Assembly (NCBI GenBank): GCA_963727505.1
Contig: CAVSGP010000005.1
Coordinates: 160,001 to 224,000 of the forward strand
Origin: an uncultured Trueperaceae bacterium
GTDB taxonomy: Bacteria > Deinococcota > Deinococci > Deinococcales > Trueperaceae
DNA length: 64,000 nt
Reading direction: 5' to 3'
The notes under the pieces were generated by a model, which was given only the letters and a program-made list of their open reading frames with translations, was not told the origin of the DNA and did no database searches. The translations under genes and the position numbers were made by a program. Below are positions 9,414-19,371 of this stretch, one piece after another (the first letter of the stretch is position 1; each line of letters opens with the position of its first letter).

Positions 9414-10549
9414 CCTTCACGCGCAAGCACGAGACGATCGACACGGTCGTGATCGGCGCCGGCCAGGCGGGCCTGGCAACCGGCTATCACCTGGCGCGCA
9501 GGGGGCTGGAGTTCGTGATCCTGGAGGCGAACGAGCGGGTCGGGGACAGCTGGCGTCGCCGCTGGGATTCGCTGCGGCTCTTCACGCCTGCTCGCTACGA
9601 CGGGCTGCCGGGGATGCGCTTCCCGGCGCCCGCCCACCACTACCCCACGAAGGACGAGATGGCGGAGTTCCTCGAAGCGTACGCCAGACACTTCGCGTTG
9701 CCGGTGCGGACCGGTGTGCGGGTCGAGCGCGTCGCCCCATCGGCCGCCGGGCTGCGCGTCCAGACCACCGAAGGAGTGATCGATGCCCGCCAGGTGGTCG
9801 TGGCCATGGCCAACTTCCAGCGGCCGTCCGCGCCGCCGTTCGCCGCCGACCTCGATCCCGGGATCCGGCAGCTCCACTCCCGCGACTACCGCAACCCCGA
9901 CCAGCTACGGGAAGGCGACGTGCTGGTGGTGGGCGCAGGCAACTCGGGCGCCGAGATCGCCCTCGACGTCGCCTCCGGGCACCGGACCTGGCTGTCCGGG
10001 CGCCCGACCGGCCAGATCCCCTTCGACATCGACACGGTGGCGGCGCGGCGCGTCTTGATCCCCCTGGTGGTACGCGCACTCTTCCATCACCTGCTGACGG
10101 TCGAGACGCCCATCGGTCGCAAGGCCCGGCCCGGGTTCGTCGGGAAGGGCGGTCCGCTGGTCCGCTCCAGCGGCCGTGATCTGAAGAGGGCGGGCGTGCA
10201 ACGCGTGCCGCGTACGATCGGCGTGCGCGACGGCCGGCCCGTGGTCGCCGACGGACGTGTCCTCGATGTGGCCAACGTCGTGTGGTGTACGGGCTACCGG
10301 GCCGGCTTCGACTGGATCGAAGCGCCGTTGCCCGACGAGCACGCGCTGACGCACCGGCACGGCCCCGAAACCGGCGTGCCCGGCCTGTACTTCGTGGGCC
10401 TGCACTTCCTGTACGCAGCCTCCTCGGCCATGGTGCAGGGCGCTGGGCGCGACGCCGAGAGGGTGGTACGCGCGGTCGCGGCGCGGGCTGCGGCGCGTGG
10501 CCCCGGTCAACCATCGGTGCCCCCGGCCGGCCTCCTCCGAGCGGGCTGA
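9410..10549 (+). CDS. Flavin-containing monooxygenase (NAD(P)/FAD-dependent)
   Basis: GAGQAG and GAGNSG dinucleotide motifs, QLHSRDY, WCTGY; ATGA overlap with upstream gene. Confidence 0.88.
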   Translation: MTFTRKHETIDTVVIGAGQAGLATGYHLARRGLEFVILEANERVGDSWRRRWDSLRLFTPARYDGLPGMRFPAPAHHYPTKDEMAEFLEAYARHFALPVRTGVRVERVAPSAAGLRVQTTEGVIDARQVVVAMANFQRPSAPPFAADLDPGIRQLHSRDYRNPDQLREGDVLVVGAGNSGAEIALDVASGHRTWLSGRPTGQIPFDIDTVAARRVLIPLVVRALFHHLLTVETPIGRKARPGFVGKGGPLVRSSGRDLKRAGVQRVPRTIGVRDGRPVVADGRVLDVANVVWCTGYRAGFDWIEAPLPDEHALTHRHGPETGVPGLYFVGLHFLYAASSAMVQGAGRDAERVVRAVAARAAARGPGQPSVPPAGLLRAG

Positions 10550-10694
10550 CGCGGGGAGAAAGGGGCCACCGTCGGCGGCTGGTGCCGGTGGCCGTGCGCC
10601 GGGGCGGGCCGTGGCTGCGCCCACGCAGCAGGAGCAGCGCGCACCGCGCTCGCGGGACCACGGTAGCGCGCGTGGCTCGGGCCGTGGCCTCCGC

Positions 10695-11183
10695 TCAGAG
10701 GTGCTCGACGTCGAGCGGCCGGCCCACGACGCGCATGTCGTGGCGCGCGAACAGGTCGGCCATCGCCTCGGGCGAGCCCATGCCAGGCAGCGTGCTGGCC
10801 TCCTCGAAGAACGCCTCCATGGCACCTGCGGGCGTGAAGGCGATGATCATCCTGCCGGCGCCCGGCCCCAGGTGGGCCCAGCCGTGCGGGACCGCTCGAG
10901 GCGCGAGGACGCTGTCGCCGGGCCCGAGCCGGTGCAGGCGACCGTCCACCTCCACCGCGTAGCGGCCCTCGACGACGTAGAACCACTCGTCCTGGGACGG
11001 GTGCACGTGGCGAGGGGGACCGCCGAGGAAGGCGTTCGCCTGCTCGATGATGAGGCAGCCGCCGCCGGTGTCGGCAGCGGTCGCCTTCACGGTGAACGGC
11101 ATCACGCCGAAGACGCTGCGTTCGCGATCGTGACGATCGGCTCCTGCCGCCACCAGGATGCCTGCGGGACGCTCGTCGGTCAT
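10695..11183 (-). CDS. Cupin-domain protein
   Basis: PPRHVHPSQDEWFYVVEG and PRAVPHGW cupin motifs; CAGGAG RBS. Confidence 0.85.
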   Translation of the reverse strand: MTDERPAGILVAAGADRHDRERSVFGVMPFTVKATAADTGGGCLIIEQANAFLGGPPRHVHPSQDEWFYVVEGRYAVEVDGRLHRLGPGDSVLAPRAVPHGWAHLGPGAGRMIIAFTPAGAMEAFFEEASTLPGMGSPEAMADLFARHDMRVVGRPLDVEHL

Positions 11184-11448
11184 CCGGTTCTCCTGTGCGC
11201 CCCCAGCCGGCACGTCGATGCGCAGCCGGTGCCCGAAGCGTACGGCGCGGAACGCAGGTCCGGTGTGATGGACGCGGGCCGGGTCGGCAGAGCGATCCAC
11301 CGGCGTTGGCGCCGGTGCCGATCGCCTCTACCTGGCGCGTCGCGCCCCGTTACCATGCGATCCATGGAAGGGCGCTGGCGGTGACCCCGATCGACTCGGC
11401 AGGAAACTGCTCGACCGTCGCCGCGCCGGCAAGGCGCGTTGCTCTGGG

Positions 11449-12528
11449 ATGCGCTGGGAGCGCAGCGTGATCTTCACCTGGCTGCTCCTTCTGGCGCCGG
11501 TGTCGGTGGCGGCGAAGTACCTGCTGCACCTTCCCGAGCTGGTGGTGTTCGGGCTCGGCATCGTGGCGATCGTGCCGTTGGCCGAGTGGATCCGCCGCGC
11601 CACCGAGCAGCTCGCGCGCCTGACGGGGCCGGCCGTGGGCGGTCTGCTCAATGTCACCTTCGGCAACACCGCCGAGCTGGTGCTGGCGCTGTTCGTGCTG
11701 CAGGCGGGCCACACCGACGTGGTGAAGGCGCAGATCACCGGCTCCATCATCGGCAACTGTTTGCTGGGCTTCGGCCTGGCGGTGCTCATCGGGAGCTGGG
11801 GGCGGGAACGGCAGACCTTCAGCCGGGAGCGGGCGGGGCTTCTGTCCAGCCTGCTGGTGATATCGGTGCTGGGGCTGCTGGTTCCGGCACTGTTCGACAT
11901 CACCGAGCGCGGGGCGGGCGTTCCGAACGTGGCGGCGCTCGACGAGCGGCTCAGCCTGGGCGTTGCCGTGGTGCTGGTGCTCGTCTACGTGGGGAACCTC
12001 GTGTACACGTTGGTGACGCACCGCGACGTGTTCGCCCGGCACGAGGAGGAGCGTGCCGCGACCTGGACGCTGTGGGCGGCGCTGGGCGTGCTCCTCGGCG
12101 CCACCGCCGTGACGGCGCTCGAGGCCGAGCTGGTGTCGGGTGCGCTCGACGCCACGGCTGCCGGGCTCCACCTCACGCCCTTCTTCCTGGGCATCACCGT
12201 GCTGGCCGTGGTCGGGAACGCGGCCGAGTACATCTCCGCGGTGTACTTCGCCCGGCAGGACAGGATGGGGCTGGTGCTCTCCATCACCGTGGGCTCGAGC
12301 ATCCAGGTGGCCCTGCTGGTGGCGCCGCTGCTGGTGCTGGTGTCGTTCCTGATGGGCCGCCCCATGGACCTGGTCTTCGCCAATCCCCTCGAGCTCATCG
12401 CCATCGCCGGCGTCAGCTTCACCGTCAACGCCATCGCCAGCGACGGCGAGACCACCTGGTTCGAGGGCATGCTGCTGGTGGCGGTGTACGTGGTTCTCGG
12501 CCTGGCGTTCCTGTTCGCCGCGCCCTGA
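11449..12528 (+). CDS. cax: Calcium/proton exchanger (CaCA, Cax/ChaA-like)
   Basis: Multi-TM; GNTAEL and GNAAEY alpha-repeat motifs, GSIIGN, GSSIQVA. Confidence 0.9.
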   Translation: MRWERSVIFTWLLLLAPVSVAAKYLLHLPELVVFGLGIVAIVPLAEWIRRATEQLARLTGPAVGGLLNVTFGNTAELVLALFVLQAGHTDVVKAQITGSIIGNCLLGFGLAVLIGSWGRERQTFSRERAGLLSSLLVISVLGLLVPALFDITERGAGVPNVAALDERLSLGVAVVLVLVYVGNLVYTLVTHRDVFARHEEERAATWTLWAALGVLLGATAVTALEAELVSGALDATAAGLHLTPFFLGITVLAVVGNAAEYISAVYFARQDRMGLVLSITVGSSIQVALLVAPLLVLVSFLMGRPMDLVFANPLELIAIAGVSFTVNAIASDGETTWFEGMLLVAVYVVLGLAFLFAAP

Positions 12529-12683
12529 CCGGCCCGTTCGCGGGAGCCCCCCCTTTGGACGCTCGGCGTTGTGCCCAACGCCCGCGACGGTGATGTCTGG
12601 CAGCGCTAGATTGGATGCAGGTCCCCTGTCACAACCTTTCCCTTCACCTCGCTGGTTCCTCGGGGACCGGAAGGAGCGTCGGC

Positions 12684-13052
12684 ATGCGCTTCACACGACG
12701 TTGGATGGTAGTGGTGAGCCTGGTGGCGGGCGCGTGGCTCTTCTTCTCGCCGTGGCTGCTCGGATACACCGAGGTGGCGGTTGCATCCTGGATGTCGTAC
12801 GTACTCGGGGCCGCGATCGTGGCGGCTGCGCTTTGGACGATGATGGCGAAGGCGGCGCGGGCCGCCGAGTTGATCCTGGCGATGGTCGGTGTACTGACGT
12901 TCGCGTCGCCGTGGCTGCTCGGGCTCATGGCCGAGCCGGCGGCGCGCATGGTGGCCTGGTTCGCTGGCGCGGTGGTCGCCCTGGCCGCCTTGTGGGTGGC
13001 GATGGGCCAGCGCCGGGAGCGGGGTCCGGAACGTCGCCGCCCCGTCGCCTGA
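12684..13052 (+). CDS. SPW-repeat membrane protein (copy 1)
   Basis: GAWLFFSPWLLG and FASPWLLG repeats; AAGGAG RBS. Confidence 0.8.
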   Translation: MRFTRRWMVVVSLVAGAWLFFSPWLLGYTEVAVASWMSYVLGAAIVAAALWTMMAKAARAAELILAMVGVLTFASPWLLGLMAEPAARMVAWFAGAVVALAALWVAMGQRRERGPERRRPVA

Positions 13053-13121
13053 GCGATCCGCCACCTGAGCGACCCGCGCTCGCAGTCCGGACGCCGCGCC
13101 CTGACGAGAGGACGGTGCAGC

Positions 13122-14102
13122 GTGCTGCAAGTCGAGATCCCACGCGTCGGCGAGATCCGCCTGGTCGAGGTCGAGCCGGCCGCGCCGGCTCCGGAGGAGG
13201 CCCGGGTCCGCGTCGAGGCCATCGGCATCTGCGGTTCCGACCTCCACGCCCTCCGCGGCGAGCACCCCTTCGTGAGCTACCCCGTGTGGCCGGGCCACGA
13301 ACTGGTCGGTACGGTCGAGGCCGTCGGGGTGGCCGCCGACCGGGCGCTGATCGGCGTCCGGGTGGCGCTCGAGCCCTCGCTGCCCTGCGGCCACTGCCGC
13401 ACGTGCCGCGAGGGTCGCTACAACATCTGCGAGAACCTCCGCGTTCTCGGCTTCCAGGCTCCCGGTGGTATGGCGGAGACCTTCGTGGTCGCCGCCGGGC
13501 GGTTGCACCCCTTGCCCGACGGGCTGTCGGTCGAGGGGGGCGCGTTGGTGGAGCCGATGGCGGTGGCGGTGCACGCCGCACGCCTTCCCGGGCCGCTGGC
13601 GTCGCTTCGCGTCGGCGTGGTGGGGGCGGGGACCATCGGGCTGCTCACCGGCGTAGCCGCGCTCGCCTACGGAGCTGCGACCGTCACCGTGGCCGACCCG
13701 CTCGAGCCAAGGCGCAACGTCGCCGCGGCCCTCGGCCTCCGCGCGGAGCCGTCGCTTTCCGAGGGGAGCTGCGATGTGGTGTTCGAGTGCGTGGGCAACG
13801 AGTCCGCCTTGCGAGCATCGGTCGACGCCGCGGCCAAGGGCGGCACGATCGTGGTGGCCGGCGTCTACGGCACGGATCCGCGGGTGCAGGCTGGCCTGGT
13901 CCAGGACCGCGAGCTCCGCCTCCAGGGCAGCCTGATGTACGTGTCCTCGGACGTGCGCGACGCCATCCGTTTGCTGGCCGAGGGGCGGGTCGACCCGGGT
14001 CGGATGATCACGCACCGCTTCGCGCTGACGGAGGCCGAAGAAGCCTTCCGGGTGGCCGGCGCCCGAGGGGAGGCGCTGAAGGTGCTGCTGGTTCCGGCCT
14101 AG
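13122..14102 (+). CDS. Zinc-binding alcohol/polyol dehydrogenase (MDR family)
   Basis: GICGSDLH, GHE, CxxCxxC...C structural Zn motif, GAGTIG. Confidence 0.9.
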   Translation: MLQVEIPRVGEIRLVEVEPAAPAPEEARVRVEAIGICGSDLHALRGEHPFVSYPVWPGHELVGTVEAVGVAADRALIGVRVALEPSLPCGHCRTCREGRYNICENLRVLGFQAPGGMAETFVVAAGRLHPLPDGLSVEGGALVEPMAVAVHAARLPGPLASLRVGVVGAGTIGLLTGVAALAYGAATVTVADPLEPRRNVAAALGLRAEPSLSEGSCDVVFECVGNESALRASVDAAAKGGTIVVAGVYGTDPRVQAGLVQDRELRLQGSLMYVSSDVRDAIRLLAEGRVDPGRMITHRFALTEAEEAFRVAGARGEALKVLLVPA

Positions 14103-14118
14103 CGAAGGTCGTGGGCGC

Positions 14119-16029
14119 TCAGCCGGCCAGGAACGGCACGTGCCAGTACACCAGGAAGGGCAGGAACAGCGCCGCCGCGACCGCGACCACCACGGCCACG
14201 GTCGTGCGCGGAGCGCGGGCGCTGCGGTGCGCCAGCAAGATGAGCACGGCCAGGGCGACCGCCAGCCCGCCGCTGAGCGCCGACAGGACGCGCAGGCCTG
14301 CGGCCAGCGGTTGCAGGGACAGCCCGTCGGGTTGGTAGAGCCCGAGGAGGAAAGCGATCGCGACCGTCATCCCTGCGAGCAACGCCAGGTCCACCAGGCT
14401 GACGAGCGCTTGCGTGAGGCGGAGAAGGCCGGCCGCGCGGTTCCGTCGAGGGTTGCTCTCGGACCGGCGGGCGCGCCCACCCAGGACATCTCCGTGGCCG
14501 TCGGCACGGCGCCGTCGGCGCGGCAGCACGCTCAGCAGCAGGCCCTCGCCGAACGCGATCAGGAAGAACACCGCGGCGCCGAGCTGGACCCAGGGGCTGG
14601 CGTACCACGGTGCCGGCCGGTCGCTGCTGCCGGGCAGGAGCAGCGACGGGTCGCTGGCGGGACCAGGGTCGACGGTCTGGCCCGCGGGCGGCGCCGGCGG
14701 CATCGCGGCGCCTGTCCGAGCCAGGAGCCCGGGTGTCGCCGAGGCCACCGCCAGCGGGGCGGCGGCCGCGGGCCCGCTGGCGAAGGCGCCGCCGGCGACC
14801 GGCGCCAGGCTGCGGACGACGGTGGTCGTCCACCCGACGACCACCGAGCGGTAGGTGGGGTCGGCGGCGCGACGGGCATTGGCGAGCGCGCTACCGGGAT
14901 CGCCGCCGGCTCCGGCACCTTCCGCCCCTTGGTCGGTCCGTGCCAGCACGGTGACGTGGTCGAGAGGTTGATCGCGGTTCTGGGCGGCCTTCAGGAGCGC
15001 GACGGTGGGCTTCACGCCGGGGGCCGTGGGATCGAGGTCGTCGTACACCAGCAGGGTCGGTGCCCTCGCCTGCTTCAGCGCGTCGGCGGGCGTGCTGGAG
15101 GGGTCGTCCTTCAGGAAGCCGAGCTGGCTGTGTGGCAGGAGTGCTGCCAGCACCGGACGGGCGCTCACCAGCAGCCGCACGCCCCGCATGGCGGCGTCCG
15201 CGGCGACGGGGGAGTAGCCCTTGGCACGCACAGCGTCTCCCGCCCGCCAGACCTCCTCCTGACCGAGGGGGGAAGCGGAGGTGTTGAGGAGGATGAGGAA
15301 CGCGACGTCGGCGTGCTCCCCCACGAAGGGGGCCAGCCAGGCGCCCTGGCCAACGCCCCAGACGCCGACCCGCGAGGGATCGACACCGGGTTGTCGGCGC
15401 ACCGCCGCGACGGCGGCGACCGCGTCGCCCACCTCGTCGATCGGGTTCAGTGAGCGGCGCCAGTCGCCGGACGAGGAGCCCGTTCCACGCTTGTCGTAGG
15501 CGTATGCGGCGATGCCGTGGGAGGCGAAGAGACGGGCGTCGGAGGCGGCATGTTCGCGTCCGCTGTTGCCGCGCCCGGGGAGCAGCACCACGGCCGGGAA
15601 GGGGCCCGGACCGGCAGGCAGGAGTAGCGTGCCCGTGAGCGTCACGGTGCCGTTGCGAACATCGAGTCGCCGCGCCATGGCGGGGCCGGTCGGCGTGGCG
15701 CGGCGCGTCACGGCCGTCGGCGTCGGAGCAGATGAGTCCGACGGCGCGCCGGATACCGGATCGAGCGTGCTGGTGACGTCCGTCCCGGCTCCGCCACCGG
15801 TCGACGCGCCACCGGAGTGAGCGGGAGTGACCACCGCGGCGAAGGGGTCGGTCGTGGCGGCGCCGTCGCTCCCCGCCGCGTTCTCAGGCGCCTGGGCAGG
15901 GCTGCGCGCGCCCATGGCCCAGGTGATCGCCAGCGCGATCGCAAGGGCGACGAGGGTCGCTCCGGTGCGCCGTCGCCACGCTGTGACGTGTTCGCGACGG
16001 AGCGGGCTCCGAGAGTTGGCAAGACGCAA
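14119..16029 (-). CDS. Membrane-anchored alpha/beta-hydrolase-fold protein, apparently lacking catalytic Ser/His
   Basis: TLTGTLLLPAGPGPFPAVVLLPG, YDKRGTGSSSGDW, VDPSRVGVWGVGQG; N- and C-terminal TM helices; TTG at 16029 with GGGAGG RBS. Confidence 0.75.
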   Translation of the reverse strand: MRLANSRSPLRREHVTAWRRRTGATLVALAIALAITWAMGARSPAQAPENAAGSDGAATTDPFAAVVTPAHSGGASTGGGAGTDVTSTLDPVSGAPSDSSAPTPTAVTRRATPTGPAMARRLDVRNGTVTLTGTLLLPAGPGPFPAVVLLPGRGNSGREHAASDARLFASHGIAAYAYDKRGTGSSSGDWRRSLNPIDEVGDAVAAVAAVRRQPGVDPSRVGVWGVGQGAWLAPFVGEHADVAFLILLNTSASPLGQEEVWRAGDAVRAKGYSPVAADAAMRGVRLLVSARPVLAALLPHSQLGFLKDDPSSTPADALKQARAPTLLVYDDLDPTAPGVKPTVALLKAAQNRDQPLDHVTVLARTDQGAEGAGAGGDPGSALANARRAADPTYRSVVVGWTTTVVRSLAPVAGGAFASGPAAAAPLAVASATPGLLARTGAAMPPAPPAGQTVDPGPASDPSLLLPGSSDRPAPWYASPWVQLGAAVFFLIAFGEGLLLSVLPRRRRRADGHGDVLGGRARRSESNPRRNRAAGLLRLTQALVSLVDLALLAGMTVAIAFLLGLYQPDGLSLQPLAAGLRVLSALSGGLAVALAVLILLAHRSARAPRTTVAVVVAVAAALFLPFLVYWHVPFLAG

Positions 16030-16178
16030 GGTAGGCCTCCCGCGGTTGTCGGTGCTCCGAGCATAGAACGGGAACCCGGCGTCGGGCCGGTGGCCAGTCA
16101 CCCCGATTACACGAGGTTGCGGCGGGCGCGGCCCGGAGTGCGGCCGGTCGCTCGAAGTCTGGTACGTGACCTGGGTCC

Positions 16179-16207
16179 TTGACAACGACCGGGGGTTGTC
16201 ACATTAT
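16179..16207 (+). promoter_or_regulatory. Putative sigma70 promoter TTGACA-N17-CATTAT overlapped by inverted repeat TGACAAC-N8-GTTGTCA
   Basis: Directly visible in the AT-richer patch upstream of SPW copy 2. Confidence 0.55.
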
Positions 16208-16277
16208 TTAACTACCTGGTCAGGGAAAGAGCTGATCAGACGTAGATACTGGAACTGGAACCGAAAGGAGCCTCCTT

Positions 16278-16637
16278 ATGCGTGCATGGAATCGCTGGCA
16301 AGACTGGCTCAACCTACTGGCAGGTGTGTGGCTGTTCTTCTCGCCCTGGATCCTGGCCTTCACGGGGGCCGCTGCCGGTGCCTGGAACGCGTGGATCTTC
16401 GGCGCACTGGTCTTCATCGTGGCCCTCTGGACGCTCGGTCGCCCGGAGTCGCGCGGTGTGCTGTGGCTGCAGGCCATCTTGGGGGCATGGACGTTCATCG
16501 CACCCTGGGTGCTCGGCTTCGCAGTGGCGGCCGCTGCCGCCTGGAACGCTTGGATCCTGGGGATCATCGTCTTCGTTCTCGCTTTCTGGGCCATGGGTAG
16601 CGCAGGCGAGCCAAGGAGAGTGCCGGAGCGCGCCTGA
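16278..16637 (+). CDS. SPW-repeat membrane protein (copy 2)
   Basis: WQDWLNLLAGVWLFFSPW and FIAPWVLGF repeats; AAAGGAG RBS. Confidence 0.88.
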   Translation: MRAWNRWQDWLNLLAGVWLFFSPWILAFTGAAAGAWNAWIFGALVFIVALWTLGRPESRGVLWLQAILGAWTFIAPWVLGFAVAAAAAWNAWILGIIVFVLAFWAMGSAGEPRRVPERA

Positions 16638-16691
16638 GCGAGCGTTCGCTTCGGAATCTCCGGCAGACCGAACCGACAACGGTCGGAAGAT

Positions 16692-16721
16692 CCGGGCGGG
16701 CCCGAACGCGGGCCCGCCCGG
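16692..16721 (+). terminator. 13-bp GC stem-loop after the SPW gene
   Basis: CCGGGCGGGCCCG-AACG-CGGGCCCGCCCGG. Confidence 0.55.
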
Positions 16722-16812
16722 TTCCGTAGACTGGACACGAAACCATGGAACACGATCGAGCAATGCTTCGAAACCCCCGCGCCGTGGTGCGGCGATCGCG
16801 AGGCGGCGCGCC

Positions 16813-17472
16813 ATGAGCGCGGCGGCCCCACCGTTCGGCGCGAACGGCGGCGACACCTCGGCCGACCGCAAGTCCCCGGACGGCGCAGGGCGCAAGCGCG
16901 TGGGCCGGCCGAGGGTGGACCGGCAGCAGGCGGAGGCGCGCTGCAAGATCCTCGACGCTGCCGAGACGCTCTTCGCCGAGAACGGCTTCGACGCCACCCC
17001 CACCAGTGCCATCGCCGCTCGGGCGGGCCTCACGAGCGCGCTGATCTTCTACTACTTCCGGACCAAGCGTGGCCTGCTGCAAGCCCTCATCGACGAGCGC
17101 CCGTTCCTGCCGCGCTTCGCCGACCTAGTGGCAGACGTCGATGCCGACGACCGCCGTACCCTGCTGCGCGTCGCTGGCGAGCGCCTGTACGACCTCGCTC
17201 ATCGCAGTGGTCCGATGGTGCGAATCGTGGTCCGTGAGGTCTTGCAGCGCGACGAGCTGCGGCGTCACTGGGAGGACGTCCTGGAACGCGCCATCGGCGC
17301 TCTGGCCGAGCGCATCCGCGCTGCCGACGGTCCTGCCCTGGATGCAGCGCAGGCCGAGTCCGTGGCGCGCTTGTTCTTCAACGCCGTGGCCTTCCAGGCG
17401 CTCTTCGGACCCGATCTAGAGAGAGAGCGCACCGTGGCCGAGGCGGTCGAGGTGGTGCTCGCGGGCGCCTGA
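16813..17472 (+). CDS. TetR/AcrR-family regulator
   Basis: GRPR...ILDAAETLFAENGFDATPTSAIAARAGLTSALIFYYFRTK; start uncertain. Confidence 0.88.
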   Translation: MSAAAPPFGANGGDTSADRKSPDGAGRKRVGRPRVDRQQAEARCKILDAAETLFAENGFDATPTSAIAARAGLTSALIFYYFRTKRGLLQALIDERPFLPRFADLVADVDADDRRTLLRVAGERLYDLAHRSGPMVRIVVREVLQRDELRRHWEDVLERAIGALAERIRAADGPALDAAQAESVARLFFNAVAFQALFGPDLERERTVAEAVEVVLAGA

Positions 17473-17687
17473 ACGCCTGGTTGGCCCCGTTCCCGCGCGG
17501 CCTTCCGTCCCGCCCCATCCCAACGCATGCGCGACCCCGAAGCGTTCGAGCGCCGGTGGTAGGTTGGGTCTGCCAGCGGCCGCCGGGAAGTACCGGAGCG
17601 GCCGTGCCGACCCCACGATCGAGGGCCGTTCGCGTCGCCAACCGGCGTGTGCTCGAGCGGTCCACCCCCGGAAGGGAGCTGGAGAGC

Positions 17688-19256
17688 GTGAGTGACGCCT
17701 CGCAGTCCTGGAACGCACATTCGAATCCGGCCGGCGACGCCCCGTCGTCGGCGCCACCCGGCGAGCCGCTCCGTTTGCAGCAACGCATCGGCGGTCGCAG
17801 CGTGCCGGCGGCCGAGGGCGGTACCCGCGACATCCTGGAGCCGGCCCTGGGGCGGGTGCTGGCGGTGGTCCCCGAGGGATCGGCCGAGGACGTGGACGCC
17901 GCCGTTGCCGCCGCCCGCAGGGCGTTCGACGACGGCCCCTGGCCGCGCTTGCATGTCCAGGAGCGCGCCCGCGTGCTACACCGCGTCGCCGCCCTGATCG
18001 AGGGCCACGCCGAGGAGCTGGCGCGTCTGGAGACCTGGGATACCGGCAAGACGCTCCCCGAGAGCCGCGACGATATGGTGCAGGTGGCGGACGCCTTCCG
18101 CTACTTCGCGTCGCTTGTCGCCACCCGCGGCGGTGAGGTGAACCCCGTGCAAGCCGATGCGCTCAGTCTGACGCTGCACGAGCCGGTCGGTGTGGCGGCC
18201 CTGATCACGCCTTGGAACTACCCGCTGCTGCAGGCGTCGTGGAAGCTGGCGCCGGCGCTGGCTGCAGGGTGCACGCTGGTGATCAAGCCCAGCGAGCTGA
18301 CGCCGCTCAGCACGGTGCGCGCCGTCGAACTGCTGCACGAGGCCGGCGTCCCAGGCGACGTCGCCAACGTGGTGCTCGGCTCCGGCCCGGCCGTGGGCGC
18401 GCCGTTGGTGGCGCATGCGGACGTGGACCTGGTGTCGTTCACCGGCGGCATCGTGACCGGCCGCGCGATCTCCCGGGCGGCAGCGGACACGGCCAAGCGC
18501 GTCGCCCTGGAGCTGGGCGGCAAGAACCCCAACATCGTCTTCGACGACGCCGACTTCGACGCCGCGCTCGACCACGCCCTGAACGCGGTCTTCTACCACG
18601 CCGGCCAGGTCTGCTCGGCGGGTTCGCGCCTCCTGGTGCAGGAGGGTCTGTACGACCGCTTCGTGGACGCGATCCTGGAGCGCGCGGCCCGCATCCGCCT
18701 CGGCTTCGGCTGGGAGGACGGCACCGAGATGGGCCCACTGGTGTCCGAGCAGCATCGCGCCAAGGTGGAACGGATGCTCGCGCTGGCGCTCGAAGAGGGG
18801 GCCACCCTGCGCCTCGGTGGCCAGCGGCCTGGAGGCGAACGCTTCAGCCAGGGCGCCTTCATGCAGCCCACCGTCCTGACCGACGTACACAGGGACATGC
18901 GTATCGCCCACGAAGAGATCTTCGGGCCGGTGCTCACCATCGAACGCTTCCGTGACGAGGACGACGCCGTCGCTGCCGCCAACGACACCCGTACCGGGCT
19001 GGCGGCCGCGGTGTGGACGCGGGACGTGGTGAAGGGCGTGCGCCTCGCCCGGGCGCTGCGCTTCGGCACGGTGTGGCTCAACGACTTCCACCCCTACTAC
19101 CCGCAGGCTCCCTGGGGCGGCATGAAGGAGTCCGGTGTCGGGCGCGAGCTCGGCCTCACCGGCCTGCGCGAGTATCAGGAGGAGAAGCACCTCTACCTCA
19201 ACCTCGACGTCCATCCAGTGGGGTGGTTCGGCCGCGGCGGGGGCGAGTCGCGTTGA
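17688..19256 (+). CDS. Aldehyde dehydrogenase (betaine-aldehyde dehydrogenase-like)
   Basis: PWNYP, KPSE, FTGG, LELGGKNP, GQVCSAGSR, EEIFGPV. Confidence 0.92.
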   Translation: MSDASQSWNAHSNPAGDAPSSAPPGEPLRLQQRIGGRSVPAAEGGTRDILEPALGRVLAVVPEGSAEDVDAAVAAARRAFDDGPWPRLHVQERARVLHRVAALIEGHAEELARLETWDTGKTLPESRDDMVQVADAFRYFASLVATRGGEVNPVQADALSLTLHEPVGVAALITPWNYPLLQASWKLAPALAAGCTLVIKPSELTPLSTVRAVELLHEAGVPGDVANVVLGSGPAVGAPLVAHADVDLVSFTGGIVTGRAISRAAADTAKRVALELGGKNPNIVFDDADFDAALDHALNAVFYHAGQVCSAGSRLLVQEGLYDRFVDAILERAARIRLGFGWEDGTEMGPLVSEQHRAKVERMLALALEEGATLRLGGQRPGGERFSQGAFMQPTVLTDVHRDMRIAHEEIFGPVLTIERFRDEDDAVAAANDTRTGLAAAVWTRDVVKGVRLARALRFGTVWLNDFHPYYPQAPWGGMKESGVGRELGLTGLREYQEEKHLYLNLDVHPVGWFGRGGGESR

Positions 19257-19371
19257 GCTGAGCGATCCCGCCGCTCCCGTCGCCTGACGGCTTGCGCCCG
19301 CGAGTGCCGGGCGCAAGCATGGGGGGTGCGGTGGCCGGCGTCCATGCCGGCACCCGGAGCGGAGGCTCGGC

